DNA of 15,676 nucleotides from Escherichia coli (GTDB lineage Bacteria; Pseudomonadota; Gammaproteobacteria; Enterobacterales; Enterobacteriaceae): NCBI RefSeq assembly GCF_003334305.1, contig NZ_QOWS01000041.1; one strand, 5' to 3'. Shown piece by piece: positions 1 to 8,653 of this stretch (position 1 is its first letter; each line of letters starts with the position of its first letter). The notes under the pieces were generated by a model. It saw only the letters and a program-made list of their open reading frames with translations, ran no database searches and was not told where the DNA came from. The position numbers and the translations under genes were made by a program.

Positions 1-77
1 AGCTGATAGAAACAGAAGCCACTGGAGCACCTCAAAAACACCATCATACACTAAATCAGTAAGTTGGCAGCATCACC
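1..77 (-). mobile_element. IS1 terminal segment (left inverted-repeat end, partial; element body lies outside the window)
   Basis: Positions 1..77 are the exact reverse complement of the canonical IS1 left end beginning GGTGATGCTGCCAACTTACTGAT and running into the insA start region. They are also the exact reverse complement of 15600..15676. Confidence 0.9.
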
Positions 78-413
78 TTCATGGTATTGGTAATATGACA
101 ATATTTTAGAGAGTATATTTTATTCATTATAAAATGCCCCGTAATATTTATCTCACAATGATTATGATTAGTGGATACGCCCCTACATTTCCAGACAGCT
201 GTTATCACTTAATCTATTACTGGCCCGCAGCCGTAGATATTCTAGCCACGGTGGTAACGAGTATCCGGAAGAGATTCCACTTACACTCTTTCAATCCTAT
301 TGCAAAAGCTGATTTACTCAACAGGATTAAAAGAGGGAGTTTGATACAATTTATTTCACTTTTTGTTAGAATACTAATTCTTTTCTTGTATTTTTTGAGG
401 AAATGAGCACGGA

Positions 414-474
414 ACACGACATAATCTGTAGTCAGTAAAGAGTCTATCCTCCCTGACTACAGATTATGTCGTGT
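414..474. repeat. Perfect 22-bp inverted repeat with a 17-nt spacer (ACACGACATAATCTGTAGTCAG / CTGACTACAGATTATGTCGTGT)
   Basis: Read directly: arms 414..435 and 453..474 are exact reverse complements. It lies about 70 bp downstream of the iutA stop. The stem is AT-rich and no U-tract follows on either strand, so it is not a typical intrinsic terminator. Confidence 0.8.
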
Positions 475-546
475 ATTATATGATATCAACTTGGCTGTCA
501 GCGGCCATGTTGATATCAGCGTACCTTTGTTGTAAAGGAATACCGG

Positions 547-2748
547 TCAGAACAGCACAGAGTAGTTCAGACCAAAGGTTCGGCCCCTGCCTTTGTAGTC
601 GTACAGTGACGCTGGGCCGTAACCCGGGCTGTAGTACAGTGGTGCACGCTGCCCCCAGACAGTGGTGTAGTCACGGTCGAAGAGGTTTTCAATGCTGAAG
701 CTGAGTGTACCCACCGGAAGCTGATAACTGCCGAGCAGATCCGCGGTGGTATAGCCATCGACCTTGTAGCCCTGCGCGTCGCTCACGTCAAAGGAGGTGG
801 TGCTCTGCACGCGCAGACTCCACGGGTCCGGTGCCCAGCCAATGTAGGCTGTCGCTTTTGATGGGCTTGCTGTCTTCACATCGTATTTCTGCCAGGTACC
901 GTTCACTTTCGACTCAGTTTTCAGCACGTTGAAGTTCACTCCGGTACTCCAGTCAGTATCAGGAATCAGGTAGTCCACCGCACCTTCCACGCCGTAAATA
1001 CGGCGTTTGTCGTCCACCACGCTGATGGTCAGATCTTTATTCGCCACCACGCTCTTATCAGAAATCGAATAGTAGGCCGCGATTTGGGTACGCAGATTAT
1101 TGCCAGTAAAGCGCCAGCCCAGCTCATAAGAATCGACTTTCACGCCTTCCAGCTTGCTGTCGCTGACGTTCACACTCTTTGTTAGAGGAAGATGGCCGTT
1201 CACTGCAGCACCATAGATGCCGCGACCATAGTATTTACCCGGGTCCGGCAGCTCCACGCCCTGGGAGAAGTTGAGCCATGCCTGCTGGCGTTCGGTGATG
1301 TGCATCAGCAGACCGGCGTTGAACAGGAAGTTGTCGTAATCGACTGAGCCGCCAGGAATGGCGTCGGCGGATGTAGCCTTCCCGGCGGCAATCTGCCGTT
1401 GCTGCGCGTAGCCGATGAAATCATCAATCTTGTTTTCAGTGTACTGATAGCGTACGCCACCGTTGAGGGTAAAGAGATTATTGATGTCATAGCCTGATTG
1501 CAGGAAGGCCGCCAGGTTGGTGATGTCATACGACGGATAGCGCCCGGTGGTGTAAATCTTCTTGTTGTTCAGCCCTCCGGAAGCGCTTGCCTGAGCCAGG
1601 TCGAAGAACATCTGGTTGGAGGTAAAGCGCTCATGATCAGCATCCAGCCCCCAGGTGATTTGCCAGCCGTCCATCGGTTTGCTGTTCAGAGTCAGTTTCA
1701 TGCCGTACTGGTCGGTGTCCTGCTGTGACGAAGAGAAAGCCGTCACCTGTTTGTTCGCATTTACCGTCGGGAACGGGTAGAATCGCAACGACTCATCGCG
1801 GTAGTAAACCTGACCGACCAGCTCCTGTCCCAGAAAAGCGCTGTCAGAGTACTGCAGGCTGATCAAATGCCGCTCAGTGCCGGGAATACGGTCGGAATTC
1901 AGCCCGTTACTGACGAATGGCGTGCTGGTCCCTCTGATGGCAGAGAAGCCTTTCCCGAGATTAAGCCCGTAATCGTCGTCGCCCTGGCTTTTATAGTACT
2001 GTGTGATCAACTGAAGCTGCCGGGATTCATCGATGTTCAGCGTACCAGTTCCCATGATGTCCAGCCGATCGGAGTACTGCAGGCCGGTCTGGGTGTTATC
2101 AAGCAAGGTGGCATCGCCGTTACCGTCAAACCAGCCGCCAAATTTCTGATATGCCACGGAAAGACGTCCGGAGATATGCTCATTTCCGCCGGAGACAGCT
2201 CCGGCAATGCGTTCATCGTGATCTTTACTGCTGCTAAAGCCACTTTTGGTGCCAGCCTCAAACTCCATCATGGTTTCCGGCTGGCCTTTTTTGGTCACGA
2301 TGTTGATCAGGCCACCGGTACTGCCGCCGCCGTACAGGGACGTCGCACCGGAGATCACTTCAATATGGTCGATATTAAAAGGATCTATAGAGTCCAGTTG
2401 TCGGCTGTCGGTACGTGAAGAGTTGAGACGCACGCCGTCAACCAGCACGACCAGCGGGCGGCCACGCACATTCATACCGTAGTTGGTGCGGCTCCGGCTG
2501 CTGACGTCAAGGCCAGGGATCAGCTGAGCCAGTGCGTCTTTAAGCTCTTTGCCGCCCTGAATCTGCTGTTCCAGTTCGGCGTTTTCGATAACCCAGGTGG
2601 TTTGCGCCATCTCCGCTACGGTGCGATTGCTGCGGTTGGCAGACACCACGAACGTTTCATCATCGGTTTGTTGAGCGACTGCTGGCGCCATCATGGTAAG
2701 AAGCAGTGGGTTGAGAGCCCAAAGCGTATACTTTTTGCTTATCATCAT
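547..2748 (-). CDS. iutA: TonB-dependent outer-membrane ferric-aerobactin receptor
   Basis: 733-aa ORF with an N-terminal signal peptide (MMISKKYTLWALNPLLLTMMAPAVAQQ) and a C-terminal aromatic residue typical of TonB-dependent receptors. It sits immediately downstream of iucD in the same orientation. A GGAGGA ribosome-binding site precedes the tandem ATG ATG start. Confidence 0.93.
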   Translation of the reverse strand: MMISKKYTLWALNPLLLTMMAPAVAQQTDDETFVVSANRSNRTVAEMAQTTWVIENAELEQQIQGGKELKDALAQLIPGLDVSSRSRTNYGMNVRGRPLVVLVDGVRLNSSRTDSRQLDSIDPFNIDHIEVISGATSLYGGGSTGGLINIVTKKGQPETMMEFEAGTKSGFSSSKDHDERIAGAVSGGNEHISGRLSVAYQKFGGWFDGNGDATLLDNTQTGLQYSDRLDIMGTGTLNIDESRQLQLITQYYKSQGDDDYGLNLGKGFSAIRGTSTPFVSNGLNSDRIPGTERHLISLQYSDSAFLGQELVGQVYYRDESLRFYPFPTVNANKQVTAFSSSQQDTDQYGMKLTLNSKPMDGWQITWGLDADHERFTSNQMFFDLAQASASGGLNNKKIYTTGRYPSYDITNLAAFLQSGYDINNLFTLNGGVRYQYTENKIDDFIGYAQQRQIAAGKATSADAIPGGSVDYDNFLFNAGLLMHITERQQAWLNFSQGVELPDPGKYYGRGIYGAAVNGHLPLTKSVNVSDSKLEGVKVDSYELGWRFTGNNLRTQIAAYYSISDKSVVANKDLTISVVDDKRRIYGVEGAVDYLIPDTDWSTGVNFNVLKTESKVNGTWQKYDVKTASPSKATAYIGWAPDPWSLRVQSTTSFDVSDAQGYKVDGYTTADLLGSYQLPVGTLSFSIENLFDRDYTTVWGQRAPLYYSPGYGPASLYDYKGRGRTFGLNYSVLF

Positions 2749-2829
2749 TATTCCTCCATACGGGCGGAAAAAATCAGCCCAAAGATGCTGTGTAGCGAGT
2801 TAAAGAAGCAGCCTCCGGCTGCGTTTTCC

Positions 2830-4107
2830 CTAGGTGCCGCTGCGCCACTGAATCAGGGCGGGCGGCATACTGAGATCGAATAAATCACGTCCCATTACGC
2901 GATTAAGAATACGTGCAGATCTCCATGCCATCAGGCTGAGCTGGGGTTCGGCGATGCCATGGGTTTGCATACTGGCGTTGACCACGAAGATGTTGTTCTC
3001 TTTCGGGCCACTCCATTCCAGAGTGAAGTCATCACGCACTTTAAAGGTGTTCTTATCGTGCATGGTGATCAGGGGCATCAGTGAGGGAAGTATTTGTGGC
3101 AACGCAGAACGGTAACCTGTGGCGAAAATCACCACATCACTTTCCAGGCTCTCCCTGCCCTGATCCAGATGATGCTCCATCAGCAACTTCCAGCCAGGAC
3201 CACTACTTTCCAGAGTTGTTACCGAGCGGCTGGGTAGCAGACGGATATTTCTTGGTTTTCTCAGAACTTCAAAACGGTGGTACAACTCACGATAAATGGT
3301 CAGTAAAGAATCGGCAGTGATGCCATCCGATGTCATTTTCTGCTCATCCAGTAACTGATGGCGAATATCTTCCTCCAGTCCGGAGAAGCCTGAAATATAT
3401 TCAGGTGTAAAATACTCATCAGCAAAAGCAGCCTCATCCAGTGCGTTAAAATTATTACGCCGGGAGACCCAGTTTATTTCCGCCGCTTCTCCCCATTCCC
3501 CGCGTAATGCATTAAGGAACAGGTCTGCACCACTCTGTCCTCCACCAACCACGGTTATCCGTTTTCCACTAAGGTCCGGCCGACGAAGATTCATTTCACT
3601 GGCATGGAAACAGGATTGTGTCATATGCTTCACACAGGGTGGTAAATAAGGTTGTTTTCCTGTACCAAGGCAGATATTGCGGGCAAAATATTCTCCCTGG
3701 CTGGTTTGCACCAGAAACAATCGACGTTTTTTATCGAAATCAATGTTTTCAACGGTATGACTGAAATACAGGTTATTCATATCTTCAGCAGCCCAGCGGA
3801 GGTAGTCAGAAAACTCTTCACGGGATACTGTACGTAGTCTGCTTGTAAGGAAGCGATAGAACTTTTTGTGCTTCACCAGATAGTTAACAAAACTGTAGGG
3901 ATTTGTAGGTGCAACAGCACTGACCAGATCTTTCAGAAAGACGGTCTGCATATGACAATCCGGTACCAGCATACCCGGATGCCAGGAAAAATGAGGATGT
4001 TCATCAAAGAAGAGACAGTCCAGTTCTTCGATCTGATGTGACAACGCAGCAATGCTGAGATTAAATGGCCCTGTCCCTACACCAATAAAATCGACACTTT
4101 TTTTCAT
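2830..4107 (-). CDS. iucD: L-lysine N6-monooxygenase (aerobactin biosynthesis)
   Basis: 425-aa ORF with an N-terminal FAD-binding motif (GVGTGPFNLS) and a later dinucleotide-binding motif (VVGGGQSGAD). Its ATG overlaps the iucC stop in an ATGA arrangement. Confidence 0.93.
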   Translation of the reverse strand: MKKSVDFIGVGTGPFNLSIAALSHQIEELDCLFFDEHPHFSWHPGMLVPDCHMQTVFLKDLVSAVAPTNPYSFVNYLVKHKKFYRFLTSRLRTVSREEFSDYLRWAAEDMNNLYFSHTVENIDFDKKRRLFLVQTSQGEYFARNICLGTGKQPYLPPCVKHMTQSCFHASEMNLRRPDLSGKRITVVGGGQSGADLFLNALRGEWGEAAEINWVSRRNNFNALDEAAFADEYFTPEYISGFSGLEEDIRHQLLDEQKMTSDGITADSLLTIYRELYHRFEVLRKPRNIRLLPSRSVTTLESSGPGWKLLMEHHLDQGRESLESDVVIFATGYRSALPQILPSLMPLITMHDKNTFKVRDDFTLEWSGPKENNIFVVNASMQTHGIAEPQLSLMAWRSARILNRVMGRDLFDLSMPPALIQWRSGT

Positions 4108-5846
4108 GATTCATATTCCTGAGTTACCAGCCACAGCGGATTTTGCAGATCCTCAAGGTAATTCGGCAGCATGCGGCTGCCGCCATCCAGATCAGGCCAG
4201 GTCAGTTTTACCGGGTTCAGCACCACGCGAATGATTTGTGGCCTGAAAAGTGAGAAAAGCGCAAAACGCTCTGACATTTGTGGATGTTTTTTCATGTAAT
4301 CACTCAACACTGCTGCCAGCAGTTGATAAAATCGCCTTTCAGGTACGCCAAGACGAACCATCAGTGGCGAAATAAAACGCAGTACTGTCACGAAGTGACC
4401 CGTCTGCAAATCATGGATTAAGTAGTCCGCACTCAGGCGGGATGTAACATCACGAACCTCCTGAGGCAAAGAGTCCATTTCGGGGAACTCTTCTTTCACC
4501 AGTCGCATATCGCCCTGGAAGTCTTTCAGCAGAACACGCTGTGGAACCCCCTCTTTCATGGCGAGAGTTATATTTTGTCCATGTGCAATAAGCGCGACAC
4601 CGTAGCGGCAAAGCAGGTGATACAGAGGAACCACGACCACCCGGAACAGTTGCGTAAGCCAGGTTTCAGCGTCCAGCCCGGAGCGGTCTATATATGCGCC
4701 TGCCAGCGGCTGATTGTTTTCGTCGCACTCCATCAGTGTTGCCATCAGAACCGGACTTTCATCCGGTTTCAGCCAGCGGCACGGATTCTCCCGCCAGATA
4801 ACACCAAGCATTTCCTGGTAGCGATAGGGAGCCCGGGCAAGCGCGGCATAGCCTTCATGGGAGACATAGCCTGCAGCCGGTTCACCAAGTATCACTGCGC
4901 CGCTTTGCACTAGGGTGGCGTCGGTCGCAAAAACCTGTTGTAGCCAGCGTGAAGCCAGTGGTCCGGCAGCGATGTATCTGCCAGGGATCCCCCGGTAGCA
5001 TGAGGTGTTGTAGATGGTCAGCGGCAGCTTGATATCCAGCCCGCCCCGGCGACTGGCGTTGGTCAGGGTACGCAGCGACTGCTGGGCGAGCCACTGGTCG
5101 CCAAACTCGCCGAGAGACACCATCCTGCCTTCGGCAAAATCAGCGATGAAGTCGGTAGCGATTTTTTGCTGCCACTGCCACGGATGTACCGGCAGCGGCA
5201 GCCAGTTATGATCCAGTCCGTTTTCCTGCCAGACCTGACTGAAGCGGGCAAACTCCTGCGGATCCATTGCGGCCGTCAACAACTGATGAATATCCATCTC
5301 GTTATCACAGCGCCAGATCATATGTTCACGTTTTACCGCCAGCCAGTGCAGTCTGAAGGTGTTGGCATACTCTGGCGCATATCGTTCCAGCGCCTCTTTA
5401 CCCCAGCCACGGCGACCTTTATTAAAAACGAATTTAGGATGACCGCTCAGCAGGCATTGCAGGCGGTCGGCATTAAGATTAATCAGGTCACTGGCGCTCA
5501 GCCCGCGACGGGCTTTAAGTAGTTGCAGGTCGCCCAGCAGCGTGGCATACAAATCCTGCATATGCTCAGCAACGGTTGCATCGCTCATTGACAGTACCTG
5601 CTTTAGCTGCATCAGCAGCGTCTGAGCCAGTACTGGCTCGTCCGCGCAGCGCAGAGTTTGAGCATCAATCCAGAGCCAGCCCCAGATACCACGTTCAGCG
5701 ATGAAGCGCCATTGTGCTCCCGGCAGGTTAATGCAGTAGCGGTCATCGCCCTGAGATTCCGCGTGGAAAACCTGCTCATACTCCAGCTCAGACAACATTT
5801 TTGCCACCAGGCGGCGGTTGACCAAATCCCAGTCTTTGTGATTCAT
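4104..5846 (-). CDS. iucC: Aerobactin synthase (IucA/IucC-family NRPS-independent siderophore synthetase)
   Basis: 580-aa ORF of the IucA/IucC family, in operon position 3. Its start overlaps the iucB stop (TAATG). Confidence 0.93.
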   Translation of the reverse strand: MNHKDWDLVNRRLVAKMLSELEYEQVFHAESQGDDRYCINLPGAQWRFIAERGIWGWLWIDAQTLRCADEPVLAQTLLMQLKQVLSMSDATVAEHMQDLYATLLGDLQLLKARRGLSASDLINLNADRLQCLLSGHPKFVFNKGRRGWGKEALERYAPEYANTFRLHWLAVKREHMIWRCDNEMDIHQLLTAAMDPQEFARFSQVWQENGLDHNWLPLPVHPWQWQQKIATDFIADFAEGRMVSLGEFGDQWLAQQSLRTLTNASRRGGLDIKLPLTIYNTSCYRGIPGRYIAAGPLASRWLQQVFATDATLVQSGAVILGEPAAGYVSHEGYAALARAPYRYQEMLGVIWRENPCRWLKPDESPVLMATLMECDENNQPLAGAYIDRSGLDAETWLTQLFRVVVVPLYHLLCRYGVALIAHGQNITLAMKEGVPQRVLLKDFQGDMRLVKEEFPEMDSLPQEVRDVTSRLSADYLIHDLQTGHFVTVLRFISPLMVRLGVPERRFYQLLAAVLSDYMKKHPQMSERFALFSLFRPQIIRVVLNPVKLTWPDLDGGSRMLPNYLEDLQNPLWLVTQEYES

Positions 5847-6793
5847 TACAGACCGACCTCCGTGAAGAAGTGATGACGATCCGCCATCACCATGCGCGAG
5901 CGTTTATGTGGGAAGTCGAACTCTTTAATTGTCCGGTATCCCGCAGGCTCAAGATGGCGGAACAGGCGCTGGTTATCGATGCGTGGCTCCAGTACTGTGC
6001 GCTGCGTACGTGGCTCATTCAGCAGCAGGTAATGTGTCACCCCGCGCAGCCAGCTTTGCACATAGTGGGCTCCGCGCCATTGCTGTTCACCAACCAGCAG
6101 ATGCAGGCCACGGTCAAAGGGCTGCCACGAATAGTGGCGACCAATGCGGTCTTCCGCCGCCCAGTAGATTTCGAAATAACTGAACGGCCGATCGTCGAAA
6201 CAACCAATCAGCGGGAATGCATGTTTACTGGTGAGCTGGCGTTCCAGATAGGCGATCTGTACCTCCAGTGAGCCACTTTGCTCCCAGAAATACTCAACGC
6301 GCGGATCGTTCATCCAGCGAGTGAAACGTTCTGCATCAGAAACGGGATCGGCAATGCGGAAACTCAGCATCCTGCGAATGCGTGGATCGTAACGACGATA
6401 AACTTCACCCTGCGGACGGGGGGGGCGCTGCGGGAAATAAATCTCACGCTCTGCATCAAAAACCATTTCACCGGAGGCCCGGTTTGCCGGAGAACTCAGC
6501 CATAACGGTAACTGCCAGAAAGCGGAACGATGGATAATGTCGCTTTGTACCTGTCCGAAAAGCGTCAGCGCCTGTGGCTCCTCACACCATTCGGACCAGG
6601 GAAGAACCACTGCTGAAAGTTGTGGTGCGGCGATAAATATCTGATCCAGCGCGTCGCACAGCCACCCTGTTGGCAGCTCCCCGGGCCAGTGCAACACCGC
6701 GCTATTGTCCAGCCCCCAGCCAAGATTCAGAGGCTTGTCGAGTTTTTCACAGCGCAGTCCATATCCGCTGTGAACAATGTTTGCCCCAGACAT
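5846..6793 (-). CDS. iucB: N6-hydroxylysine O-acetyltransferase
   Basis: 315-aa ORF in operon position 2. Its start codon directly abuts the iucA stop (TGAATG). Confidence 0.92.
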   Translation of the reverse strand: MSGANIVHSGYGLRCEKLDKPLNLGWGLDNSAVLHWPGELPTGWLCDALDQIFIAAPQLSAVVLPWSEWCEEPQALTLFGQVQSDIIHRSAFWQLPLWLSSPANRASGEMVFDAEREIYFPQRPPRPQGEVYRRYDPRIRRMLSFRIADPVSDAERFTRWMNDPRVEYFWEQSGSLEVQIAYLERQLTSKHAFPLIGCFDDRPFSYFEIYWAAEDRIGRHYSWQPFDRGLHLLVGEQQWRGAHYVQSWLRGVTHYLLLNEPRTQRTVLEPRIDNQRLFRHLEPAGYRTIKEFDFPHKRSRMVMADRHHFFTEVGL

Positions 6794-8518
6794 TCAGACC
6801 TCCTGAGCCTGCAGCGGGTTAGCGAAATCAAAATAGATCACCGAAGGGTCAACGATGGTGTTCTCGTTATGATCGTTCAGATAACAGAAAAAGTTACCTT
6901 TTACGTTCCAGTACGGACTTTCCAGAACATAGTTGAGACAGGTTTTATGAGTCACCTGGTCACGCACTTCAGCCAGCAATGTTCGTACACGAGCCATCAG
7001 ATTCGCTTCGCTGTCCAGCCCGGCAGCACCCAGCGCAGCAGTTACGGCAAAAGTGGAGTTAACCAGCAGGTAATAAGGGAAATAGCGCAGCAACTGCTCA
7101 CGGGTGAAAATATTTTCCGCCTGCGCCTCGTCAATGGTATCGAGCCACTCTGTCGCGTGAGGCATAAACGCGCTGCCCTGGCAGTCACGGTAAATAAATC
7201 CGACCGGCAGATCCCCAAGCATCTGCACAAGAATATTTTGCTGATGCGCCAGCAGCACCAGGCCGTAATCCGCTTCAGCCGTAAACAGAGGCTTCAGCAC
7301 CTGCTGACAGTAAGCATCGACCCATGCGTGGGCGGCCTGTTGCACAGTGATACCGAGGCGATCGCTCAGGCGTTTTACCGCCGAAACCAGCAGCGAATCA
7401 CCGCCATCCGGTGCGGCCTGAGTCAGGGAAACCAGAACGTTGGTCTGGCTTTGCGGCTGCTCCAGCAGCAGGTTTTCACGCAGGGAAAACAAACTTTCCT
7501 GCATGATGTTGCCGTTAAGATCGCGCAGCCCGGCCCAGCCGTCCTCCTGCATTACCCGGAAAGTAGGGAAGCGGGCCTGTAGCATCTGCCAGCCGTCGGT
7601 TTGCGCCAGACGTGCCAGGCGCATTCCTCGCTCCACCTCTTTCACAGACAGAGTACGGACGGAGTTGGTCAGCCGAACGCTCAGGGAGAACTTGATCATA
7701 TCGCGGCTGGTAGCACAGTAGAGGGAGCGGGAAGAGGTGGTCGGCAGCCACGACGTGCCGGCCTCGCCTAAGTCTCTGATAAGTCCTTTAGCAAAAAGTG
7801 CCTGGCACCACACTTGCTGCAAAAGATATTCTCCCTGCCACGGGTGCAGCGGGAACAGCCATTGATTGTCACTTAATTCGTTGAGTAACTGGGGCGCATT
7901 TTCTGCGGCAAATCGCGTCAACCGCTGTTGAAGGTTAAGATGCAGACTTTCACCAGCGATTTGCGTTTTATCCACCGAAAACCACCGCAGCGGGAAGTGA
8001 GGTGCCATGTCAGGCAGGTATCGTTCAGCTTCCTGGCGGTTAAACGGTTCATGAGACTTAGGTGCAGGGTGGAAAGCGTGTCCTGTCAGCAGTGCCTGCT
8101 CAGCCTCGCCAAAATTCAACGCTTTTTCACGCAGGATGGCCCAGTCATGGCGGGCATCAATTGTCTGTTGCGTATGGGCGTAGCTTTCCAGCACGCGTTG
8201 GTGGAAAGTTTCGCAGAGGGGAACTGGCAGAAAAAGTTGATGCCGGAGCTTATCAATAATAAGCCGGGAGAGAGTGGTAAAGTCGACAGGATAACTGCCT
8301 GATGCCGTGACCAGATGAGCAGGAAATGCAAAGCGGTGATGCTGGGTTGGGGAGAAATAAGCCACTCTGAAATGGAGCGACTTCTGTTCGTCCAGCGGGA
8401 TAATCAATTCGTCTGGCGGGTATTCCGCCAGTTGCCAGTCTTTGGTTTCACGAATCAAGGCATTCAGGAAGCACTGCGCAGCCACATCTGTGGCGGATTT
8501 TTCAGAGGGCAGGATCAT
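6794..8518 (-). CDS. iucA: N2-citryl-N6-acetyl-N6-hydroxylysine synthase (IucA/IucC family)
   Basis: The track ORF (6794..8581) has a 21-codon N-terminal extension that runs through the Fur box. I place the start at the ATG at 8516..8518 (MILPSEKSATDVAAQCFLNALIRE...), which is preceded by a GGAG ribosome-binding site. First gene of the operon. Confidence 0.9.
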   Translation of the reverse strand: MILPSEKSATDVAAQCFLNALIRETKDWQLAEYPPDELIIPLDEQKSLHFRVAYFSPTQHHRFAFPAHLVTASGSYPVDFTTLSRLIIDKLRHQLFLPVPLCETFHQRVLESYAHTQQTIDARHDWAILREKALNFGEAEQALLTGHAFHPAPKSHEPFNRQEAERYLPDMAPHFPLRWFSVDKTQIAGESLHLNLQQRLTRFAAENAPQLLNELSDNQWLFPLHPWQGEYLLQQVWCQALFAKGLIRDLGEAGTSWLPTTSSRSLYCATSRDMIKFSLSVRLTNSVRTLSVKEVERGMRLARLAQTDGWQMLQARFPTFRVMQEDGWAGLRDLNGNIMQESLFSLRENLLLEQPQSQTNVLVSLTQAAPDGGDSLLVSAVKRLSDRLGITVQQAAHAWVDAYCQQVLKPLFTAEADYGLVLLAHQQNILVQMLGDLPVGFIYRDCQGSAFMPHATEWLDTIDEAQAENIFTREQLLRYFPYYLLVNSTFAVTAALGAAGLDSEANLMARVRTLLAEVRDQVTHKTCLNYVLESPYWNVKGNFFCYLNDHNENTIVDPSVIYFDFANPLQAQEV

Positions 8519-8560
8519 AATCAAACAGCTCCTACACAGTAAAATAATAACAATTATGTC

Positions 8561-8579
8561 AATAATGATTCTCATTATC
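8561..8579 (-). promoter_or_regulatory. Fur box of the aerobactin promoter, within the divergent iucA/shiF control region (8519..8653)
   Basis: Minus-strand sequence GATAATGAGAATCATTATT matches the Fur consensus GATAATGATAATCATTATC at 17 of 19 positions. It is immediately followed by TTGACA (a -35-like hexamer) and lies about 45 bp upstream of the iucA start. Confidence 0.85.
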
Positions 8580-8653
8580 AATGAGAAATGTTATTGTCAG
8601 AAAAATTAATTTTACAAATAAACACAATTAATACATGGTGTTGAAACATTACA

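Noticed and set aside
134-417. 90-aa plus-strand and 66-aa minus-strand ORFs in the AT-rich region downstream of iutA
   Set aside because: Low-complexity translations, mutually overlapping, no ribosome-binding site, in strongly AT-rich DNA. The region is more likely non-coding or remnant sequence; it is flagged as a finding rather than a gene.
1867-2418. 183-aa plus-strand ORF antisense to iutA (with similar shadow ORFs at 1498..1728 and 2246..2482)
   Set aside because: Embedded opposite the TonB-dependent receptor gene; no ribosome-binding site or domain signature. Treated as shadow ORFs.
6620-7582. 320-aa plus-strand ORF antisense to iucA and iucB
   Set aside because: It lies entirely within and opposite two well-supported, tightly coupled biosynthetic genes. 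Long antisense shadow ORFs are common in GC-rich coding DNA, and the translation has no recognisable motifs.
8519-8581. N-terminal 21-codon extension of the iucA track ORF (MIMRIIIDIIVIILLCRSCLI...)
   Set aside because: The extension runs straight through the Fur box and -35 region and is Ile-rich AT-driven sequence. The downstream ATG (MILPSEK...) has a ribosome-binding site and gives the expected IucA N-terminus.
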